From the human T2T-CHM13v2.0 reference genome, Homo sapiens: a stretch of 64,000 bases of DNA. Location: assembly GCF_009914755.1 (NCBI RefSeq), contig NC_060947.1, one strand, 5' to 3'. The notes beneath the pieces were generated by a model. The model worked only from the letters and a program-made list of their open reading frames with translations. It was not told the DNA's origin and made no database searches. Both the position numbers and the translations under genes were made by a program. Positions 55,060 to 64,000 of the stretch are shown here, one piece after another (the first letter of the stretch is position 1; every line of letters begins with the position of its first letter).

Positions 55060-56920
55060 TTTGGTTAAGTACGTATTTTTCTTCTTTCTGAAAAACTTCC
55101 TTTAACATTTCTTGTAGTGCAAGTATGTTGATGCTAAACTATTTCACGTTTTATATACCTGGAAAAGTCTGTATTTGGACTTCAGCTTTTAAAAGTATTT
55201 TTGTTGGATAATAGATTCCTGTATGCTCCATCGTTTTCTTGCTTGCATTGTTTCCAGTGTGAAACCTGTTGTCATTATTATCTATGATCTACTATATGGA
55301 ATGGGTCATCCTTCATCCAGCTGATTTTAAGATTTTCTTTATCACTGGTTTTGAGCAATTTAATTGTAATTTGCCTGGGGTTCATTTTCTTCTTTCTTCT
55401 GCGTAGAGTTCATTAAAACTCTTGGATCTATGAGTTTCTAACTTTTATCAAATTTAGAAAATGTTTGGCTATCACTACTTCAAATATTCTCTGGATTGCA
55501 CCCCCCAACCAGGGACTCCAATTGTATGTATATCAGGCTGCTTGAAGTTGTCCTATAATTCACTACATGCTCTTTTATTTTCTTTTTAAGTGCTGCTGCT
55601 TCTATTTTTTCACTTTAGATAGATTGTTGCTAGTTTATTATTATTATACTTTAAGTTCTAGGGTACATGTGCACAATGTGCAGTTTTGTTACATAGGTAT
55701 ACATGTGCCATGTTGGTTTGATGCACCCATCAACTCGTCATGTACATTAGGTATTTCTCTTAATGCTATCCCTCCACCAACCCCCACCCCACAACAGGCA
55801 CTGGTGTGTGATGTTCCCTGTCCTGTGTCCAAGTGTTCTCATTGTTCAATTGCCACCTATGAGTGAGAACATGTAGTGTTTGCTTTTCTGTCCTTGTGAT
55901 AGTTTGCTGAGAATGGTGGTTTCCAGCTTCAACCATGTCCCTGCAAAGGACATGAACTCATCCTTTTTTATGGCTGCATAGTATTCCATGGTGTATATGT
56001 GCCACATTTTCTTAATCCAGTCTATCATTGATGGGCATCTGGGTTGGTTCCAAGTCTTTGCTATTGTGAATAGTGCTGCAATAAACATATGTATGCATGT
56101 GTCTTTAGAGCAGCATGATGTATGATCCTTTGGGTATATACCCAGTAATGGGATCACTGGGTCAAATGGTATTTCTAGGTTCTAGATCCTTGAGGAATCA
56201 CCGCACTGTCTTCCACAATGTTGCTAATTTCAAGTTCATCAATCTTTTCTTCTGTGCTCTCTATTTTTTTGTTAATCCCATCTGGTCTATTTTCTATTTC
56301 AGACATTTTCATCTTTATTAGTTCAAATTTGGTCCGTTTTATATTTCTCATGTTACTACTTTATTTTTTCACATATTCAGTACAGTTAGAGTAACCCTTT
56401 TAATACCCTTTTCTGTTAATCCTAACATCTATCAGCTCTCTTTATTACAGGTTATACTTTCCCGCTTTTTTGTATGCCTGAAAAGTTTTTATTGGTTGCC
56501 AGTCATTGTGAATTGTACCTTGTTTGGTTTTAGATATGTTTGTATTCCTATAAATATTTTTGAGATTGTTCTCAGATGCCGTTAATTTACTTGGAAACAG
56601 TTTCATCTTTTCAGGTCTTTCTTAAGATTTGGTAAGCAGGAAAAGAGAAGTGTTTATGGCTAATCATTCCCCATTATTCAGGCAAAACCCTTCTGAGTAT
56701 GCTACCCAATGGCCTGTGAATCTTAAGATTTTCCTGTCTGGATGATGAGAACAGGCACTATTAACAGCCCACTTGAGGTTCAGGAACAATTATATCTCAT
56801 GCCATTGGATGGTTCTTTTCCTGGACTCAGGTAATTTCACACACAAGTGCTTATCAGTACTACATTGAATACTCAAGGAAGACTCTCCACAGAACTCTAG
56901 AGTTATATCTCTGTGTAGAT
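55060..56920 (-). mobile_element. Old L1M ORF1/5' region
   Basis: Antisense motifs cctttaacatttcttgtagtgc, atcaaatttagaaaa, gggactccaatt and tttacttggaaacagttt. Confidence 0.7.
55637..56218 (-). mobile_element. L1PA5/6-like 3' fragment
   Basis: tatactttaagttctagggtacatgtgcacaatgtgcag and ORF2 C-terminal ORF 55846-56157. TSD tgttgcta(g/a)ttt at 55625-55636 / 56219-56230. Confidence 0.93.
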
Positions 56921-58619
56921 CTGAGAATAATCGTTACTGTTATTTCTTTACTGCTATATAAATGTGGCATATGCCTTAAAGACACTTGCCGCTGAAGAGA
57001 GTTTTGATTACTACTTCAGAAAAATTAAATTCCTTTTTAAAAAACCAAATACTGTTATCCCATAAATACATGTAGTAAACAAGGTAAATGCTTAACTGCT
57101 CAGATTCTGAGTATTTTAATGGTAATTATTATGCTGTAGATATTAGTCTAGTAAACACATAATTTATTCTTATATTATTTTGGCATTTCTCTAAAATGCT
57201 CTACTCATTTTTCTTATGTCCATCATTTCCTCCATTGTTGATCTGAAAAATGGCTTGCACCTTTTACCACGGATAAGACTCCTAAAAAGCAAAGAGAAAA
57301 CATTCAAGTACTAGTGAGTTTGTATTTGAATTTGAGTTTGTATTTGAGTGTGGGGAAAATTGGGCTGGGCTGCAGTATGTGTAGCATGAATATGTGGGTG
57401 TGTGGGTATGTTTATTATACTCACACATGTATCATACTGTAGCATGGCCATGTGTCTGAGAAGTCTCTTGTATAGTTATGTATCTGAGATTTATGAATCT
57501 GGGAATGAGATTTAGTATGGCTGTGTATTTATAAGGCCTTCTATATGGATATGAGTCTCATGCAAGGGAACTACACTTTTGTGGAATTATGTGAGATGGT
57601 TAGGTATGCTGCCATGAAGTAGTTGTGTGGAAATGGCAGGTGAGGAGAGGCAACACTAGGCAGGGTGATAACAATGAGCAAATGGGGCTTCAGATTCTAA
57701 ACTTTCATAGCAATGAGATTCTGTTGTACCTAATTTGAATTCAATGACCATGTCCTTAAAGCCCTTGGTTCTAGGACAAATTCTCAAAAGTAAATGAAGA
57801 TTTCAGAATATATCCACCCAAAACTCATACTTGAAAATGCCTCATGTTTCAAAATTTTATTTTTTAGTATTGTTTATGCTGCAGCAGCATTTAAATAAAA
57901 TTTTGATGCCCTCTAAAAGCACCCTGCGAAACAAATGAAGTATGATGAGCAAACAGCTAAGAAGTCAGGATCTATTTATCTAAATACAATTTGGCTAAGG
58001 AAGATGGCTATGCTTGCCAAGTTTGAGAGAGTCTATCTTGGTAGCTGCTTTGCTATCAGATGCAGGACTTCCACAGATAAATAGAATAGCAAAATAGGCA
58101 TAGAAAGGATCATTTTATAAAGATTCCATCATTCCCATTATCTCCCCATGTCTCGTGGAAAGTAGCCCAGAACAAACCCATGAGCCAGTTGGAGCCCTAT
58201 GTACTGCTATTCTTTTGGAGGAAACACCTTGGGAGGTATTAAAAGAGAACATAACAAATGGCCAGTTGCTGATATGTATAAGACCATTCACCAAACATTT
58301 CTGAAAACCTCTTTCCATTGTGCCTAGCACAGTGCTAGGAGCAGAGTACATAGAAGTAGGCTAAGACATGACCTCTGTCCTGATGATCAAGTACAAAGAC
58401 ATCCAACAAATATAAATGATACAGTGTTTTACCCTGAAGGATGTGTCATGTTTTCTGTTATCCACTCAAGTCCCAGCACTATGCTATAGTTGGTATCAAA
58501 AGAACAGCATCCAAGCATCCTGTGGTAATACAGAATGAACTTTCCTTGCTGCCTGCATTCAATTTTGATGTCAAGAGACTGTTCTTCAATCATATATGAG
58601 GCATATCTGATTAAACATA

Positions 58620-59170
58620 AATTTTATCCAACTAATAGTTATTGGGTGACTATTATGACCCAGGCCATGTTCTAGGACCTTAAGATATAATGATAAACAA
58701 AGTAGAACAAGATCATGCTCTTCATTTAGCTTGGAAGAAAGACAATAAACAATAAATATACATAAGGAATAAGGCAGCTATCTAGTAATGTAGATGATAA
58801 GTGCCATGGAGGTGGGTATTCAGACTGGTTAAGGGGAATCAGTAGTAACGAGGGGGGAGGTTAGAGCTTTAAATAAGAAGGGCAGGGTAGCTCTCACTGA
58901 GAATATGATATATATATGAGAGAGGACATGAAGGAGACAAGGGAGTTGACCAAGGAGCTATGTGGGAGAGAGCACTGGGGAAAGGGCATTCCTGGCAGAG
59001 AAAACAGGTAGAGTCAGATCCTGAGTGGGGAGCATGCCTGGCCTGCTCAAGGAACAGCAAGGAAGCCAGTGGGCTGGAGCTGAGGTATGGAGAGTAGGAG
59101 ATGAAGTTAGAGGTGGGGGATGAGGGTGGTAGTGGTGCATATTATGTAGGCTCTAGGGGGTCATGAAAAG
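58620..59170 (-). mobile_element. L2 3' region relic
   Basis: ttattgggtgactattatgacccaggc, gggcattcctggcagagaaaacag and aggaacagcaaggaagccagtgggctggagc. Confidence 0.75.
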
Positions 59171-59174
59171 GACA

Positions 59175-59312
59175 TAGAAAGGAAGTTGTAATATAGGGGA
59201 AAGAATACTACACCTGCTACCAGAAAGGCCAGGTTCAAACCCTGATCTATACCTTTTCTAGAGGTATGACTTTAGGCAAGTCACTTAATTGTCCAGAGCT
59301 AAGTTTCCTCAA
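59175..59312 (+). mobile_element. MIR fragment
   Basis: ggttcaaaccctg and tgactttaggcaagtcacttaa...agtttcctca. Confidence 0.7.
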
Positions 59313-60679
59313 GTTAGTGGAACAAACATTTTTGAAGTGCTTCCTCTGCACCAGTGGATTCAGCAAAAGAAAACAGGATGTATTTGGCCAAGAAGTCTAC
59401 AGGCTATTAGGAAGAGAAGGCAAGGAAACCAACAGGTCCAGTAGAGTACAGTGAATGGAACAATGAAAGTGAAAGGTAGAGAGGTGTTGGCGTGGGGGAA
59501 ACCTTCCTGATCACACACTCACCACCTGCTTCATATTCTGTACCACAGAACTCTGTTTTCTTCACTTCATGGCACACAGAACAATTGAAAATTATTACAT
59601 TCTTTGTTTTATTGTCTCTATCTCCTCATTAGAAAAATATCTCAGGGCAGGACCCTTGTCTCACTTCTTCACTGCTCTATTGTATCCCAAATGCCTAGCA
59701 CAGGGCCAGCACAATACTAGCCCTTCACGTTGTGGAAAGAGTGTAATAACGGAAAGCTTCAGAGAGTAGGGTTATGTCCGGACATATAGAAACCACCTCC
59801 TAAAAAAGCACAGGGTCTGTTTACCAAGAGTCACACATCTACATTACAGAAGTGTAATACCAGTTCTCTCATAAAATGGTTATGAGAATTCAACAAGGTC
59901 ATGTATTTGAGTGGTGTGGAGTGGCTCCCCATAGTTGTGGTGGGAACCAAGTTGATAATATTTGTTACAGATGGTTTGCTCTGTATGTTGCTGAACGACC
60001 TCTTCGATGAAATTGGCATGCAATTGCCTAGACGTCTCAGTGCTATTTAATGAGGCTGTTGTGTCAGCAAGAAGAATTCATGAGTATGTTACTGCTATCT
60101 CCCAAACCTTGCAAATGGGTATCTAAATCCTCATTCTCCCTTTGTAGTCTCTTACTACCTCAGCAACACTGGGATAAAACTATAATAAATAATCAATAGC
60201 ACTCCTCTCGAGGGAAATGCTGCTCTAGCAGTCCATGAAAGACAAATGCTGCTGTAGCCATTGAAAGAAATTACCTTTATGAAAGATCTACTAAATCAAC
60301 ACGGGGGAGCATTGGGATGAGAAAAAAGAATACCAACAATGGATTTTGTCAGACTCACACAGAGCAATCCAGAAATGTTGTAAAACATTATACAGATAAC
60401 CCCCCAGAAGTCAAAGAACCAGCATTTATAATGCATTTGAGATGCAGCTTTGAGACATGTTCATATAACTTCCATATTATTTTTCATTTAAATCAAAACT
60501 GAAAGTTGAAAAGATTTTCTGAAATTTATGCCACAATCATCTCTTTAGTGTTCCATTGCATCTAGTGTTGTAATAATCAGGTAGGAAAAATATGCACAGG
60601 GAGATCGTTTTTCAAGTCTTTGATTCTATAGAGGCTGAAAATTGTAGAAAAATACCAGAGGATTTGAAGTGCCAACAAA

Positions 60680-60845
60680 GTTAGGATCAAAACCTGGCTC
60701 AGCTATTTAAAGCTATGTGCCCATCAGCAAGTCGCTTAGTCTCTAAGAGTCATATATAAAATGGAAATTATAATTCTTGTCCTCATGGAGTTGACAGAAG
60801 GAACAAATGAGATAATAGATGTGAAAATAATTCTTTACAATGTGA
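60680..60845 (+). mobile_element. MIR fragment
   Basis: cctggctcagc, agcaagtcgctta, tataaaatggaaattataa and aaatgagataatagatgtgaaa. Confidence 0.65.
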
Positions 60846-61584
60846 ACTTATACACAGATGTTATGCCGATTATTTTGATTTCTACAAATGATAACTGGTA
60901 ATAGTACAGGTTTTCTAGTAGTTCAAGTTGCTACTACTAATAACATGTTGTTTCTGAATAGTTATGATCATGTAGCTGTCATATTTTTGATGATTCTCCT
61001 GCCTATAGATTATCAAAACTCCATATTTAACATCTAAGGAATTTCTCAACATTACATAAGATTTCAGACTGTGTCGTCCATTATTCCTTCCCTACTATCT
61101 AGACCAGTCCCTGGCACATAGGTGGTACCTGCTATATAGCTGTTGATTAATGGATTAGTTAACAAACCTACATTTCTATCCCATTCACCATTACTCTTCT
61201 TGATACACAGCCCAGAGTTCAGCCTCACTGAATTACATTCTGCTCATACACATTCTATACCTTTCCAGCTTCAAGCCTTTGTTCAAACTTTTCTTCCACC
61301 TGGAATGCCCTCCCCCCACTCCTTTCCATGTTTTCTTATCTTTACCTAATAGCCTTCTCTTTTGTCCCAAGTAGAAGTAACATCTTCCTCCTCAGGCCCC
61401 CTAGAATATTTTATTTGTACTTCTCACATGATACTTGTAACATTTATTATTGTGTTATGCAAATTGAACAATGTGTTATATTTCCCCTACTAAGCTACAT
61501 CCTTAATGAATTTAGGATCCTTAATGGATTCATTGCTGCATTGAACACAGCACCTATCACAGTCCCCTGCACAAAATAGATGTT

Positions 61585-61972
61585 TCTATGGCTTAAATCT
61601 GTCCCCCAAATTTCATGTGTTAGAAATTTAATCCTTAAATTCATATATTGATTTTGTTTGGAGATGAGGACCTTAGAATGCAGTTAGGATTAGGTAAGGT
61701 TATCAGGTTGAGGATGCCACGATGGGATTGGTTGCTTTATAAGAAGAGAAAGAGAGACCTGAGCTGACACATTTGTCAGCTCACCATTTGATGCCTTCTC
61801 ACCATTTGATGCCTTCTACCCTGTTATGCTGTAGCAAGAAGGCCTTCACCAGATGCTGGCCTCTCAATCTTGGACTTCCATGTCTCCAGAACAATAAGAC
61901 ATAACTTTCCTTTCTTTATAAATTACCCAGTCCCTGGCATTCAGTTAGAGCAACAGAAAATGGACTGAAACA
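61585..61972 (+). mobile_element. MSTB-type MaLR solo LTR inserted in an L2 3' end
   Basis: ctatggcttaaat, gctttataagaagagaaagagagacctgagct and tcttggacttcca; ends aaatggactgaaaca. TSD atgtt at 61580-61584 / 61973-61977. Confidence 0.87.
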
Positions 61973-63514
61973 ATGTTCAATAAATGTTTGTGAAATATCT
62001 GAATGAAAGACAAGTAGAAGGTTAAAAGGATTATAAATTTCCTACTCACTGTTAAAAATTATACAAAGTGCTCCAATTCTGTTTAATCAGGATATGGTTT
62101 CTTGACAATTAAACCCACTTTGCTATTGAAAAATTAAGACACCAGAACATTGTGAATTCAACACTCACATTAAAATGTCTTGGGAGCTTATATTTTCTAA
62201 TTTAATGATTCAGTAGAGATGAAGGAAATGTATATGATGCAAATTGCTAAAAATTCAGCAACTTGTATTAACTAAATCTCAATCTGCAAGCTTGAAATCT
62301 TCTCTATGATAATATTCTGTTTGATGACCTTTTATATTTATCCTTTGGAAACTGTGCTTAGACTTAATAACCCAACTTTCTCATTATCATTTATTTTGAC
62401 CTCAAGACTAATTTTGCAGCCTGCAGGGGAAAACTTTTCCTGCTAATTAGTTCTCCTTGGTTGTATTCCAAGAGAAATGACAAATTTCACTTTGTTTAAG
62501 ATGCCTCTTGATACTGGCTTCAGCCAACCGAAAACAACCATATATAATTTTAAACTCATCTATTTTTCCCCATGAGAAGAAACCAACATTTTATGAAAGC
62601 ATTCCTCTAGCCATTGTCAGCATTTAGCTGCACACAACTTGGAACGCTGGTATTTCATTGTTAACATAATTAAATACAGAAGTAGTCAAATAATTTGGAA
62701 ATAGTATACTAATATTTCAATAAGTTGACTAGGGTCTGACTTTTATCCTTGATTTATTTCAAATAATTGGTTTATTACTAAAGTTTACCTCTATTTTCTC
62801 TGTCAGGTTGATTACACACTATTAAAACTTACACAATTAAGGACTATTTTAGTGTTGAAGTTAAATAATTTATTAATGGATCTGTATTATGAGTAGCAAT
62901 CTTCAGCCATTTGTTTATCCTTTAGGAAGGAGACAAAAAGGTGTGATTAGTAAATTCTGTTTTAATTCTAACTTTTCTACTGTTTCAAAATTCTTGGAGA
63001 TGTTTCAGCTTTTTAGAGTCACCAATTTTCAACAGTGACATTTGTATTGGACTATTGACAAGACACACTTTTTTGTTGCCAATGCAGCCCTCCCATATGC
63101 TCTTTTACTGTTATTCTATTAAAAATCTCAGATGAAGTAAGCATACCTCAGCTATTTCCCTTTTAGTGATGCTTTATCAAATGTGGTATTTGAATACCCT
63201 GAGTTCAAATTTTAATTTTGCCACGAACTCATGGGTTTTGGTTTTGCCAATTTTTCTCTTCAGATCCCCTTGCTAGAATAAGATATTTAACAGCCCTATG
63301 CTCATTTTGTAATTTATAAGATGAATATAACACATTTACTACCTTCAATTTACATCTAACACTTTGTAAAACACAAATTTAACCATGTTATCTCTGCTTA
63401 AAATCCACCAGTGGCTTCCTGATGCATACAAGATGAAGACGAGACTTGTTAGCCTGGTAAACTAGGTCCTCCTTGATCTGACCATTATTGATCTCTGCAG
63501 GTATCCTATCTGCA

Positions 63515-63677
63515 AAATGAGTTGCTGCAACTTGCTCACACTACCTAATGCCGACTGTTAACGTCTACTCTCTACTCCACATTCAGTAATGTAACATTGC
63601 CCACAATGGGAGTATTTACATCATAGAAATCTGCAACCAGATAGTGAGTTGTGAAACAGTTAGCAGCACACTACTGG
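63515..63677. mobile_element. MER63-like hAT MITE relic
   Basis: gggagtatttacatcatagaaat and the terminal cagcacactactg resemble MER63. Confidence 0.45.
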
Positions 63678-64000
63678 TGGTAGGTGTTTCAACCAGAAAA
63701 GCTATGATGACTCTCCAATAACATCTTATCCAACTCAAAGGAAAAGCCAAAATATTTATAATGGCTTGGAATGTTTTACCACTCTGGCCCTCATTACTTC
63801 ACTACCTTCATCTCTTCTTCCTCTCTACTCCATGTATTCTATTCTAGACACACTAGTCTGTTTTCTTATTCCTCAAACACACCATACACACTCTCAGCTA
63901 AAAGACCGCCAGACACATTCTTGCCATTCTTTCTACTTCAAATGCAAATGCTCACATGGACTCCTTTTCATCTTTGAAGTCAAGTTTCAAATGCCACCTC

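Noticed and set aside
61781-61818. Short tandem duplications (tcaccatttgatgccttc x2; also near 15393, 29796, 36892, 57316)
   Set aside because: These are ordinary replication-slippage duplications with two units and no spacers, not CRISPR-like arrays.

Overview
This is AT-rich, CpG-poor simian primate genomic DNA (AluY/AluS, L1PA, MER41, MLT2A2), most likely human or another catarrhine, from an intron or intergenic region. It is dominated by transposable-element relics. There is no supportable protein-coding gene, RNA gene or CpG island, and the recognisable ORFs are Alu, L1, Tigger or microsatellite artefacts. I found no new multi-gene biological system. The most notable structures are: a 71-bp locally templated insertion inside a microsatellite (51590-51660 copied to 53807-53877); a second short templated-insertion scar at an L1 5' end; a ~2-kb probable 3'UTR-only retrocopy (40526-42567); a five-LTR cluster including a MER41 with an intact tandem GAS pair; an MLT2A2 LTR with a DUX4-type motif; two 5'-inverted L1s; a near full-length old L1 splitting a MaLR LTR; and a possible L1 3' transduction. 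Subfamily names come from recalled consensus sequences, not from an alignment. Boundaries of old elements are approximate.
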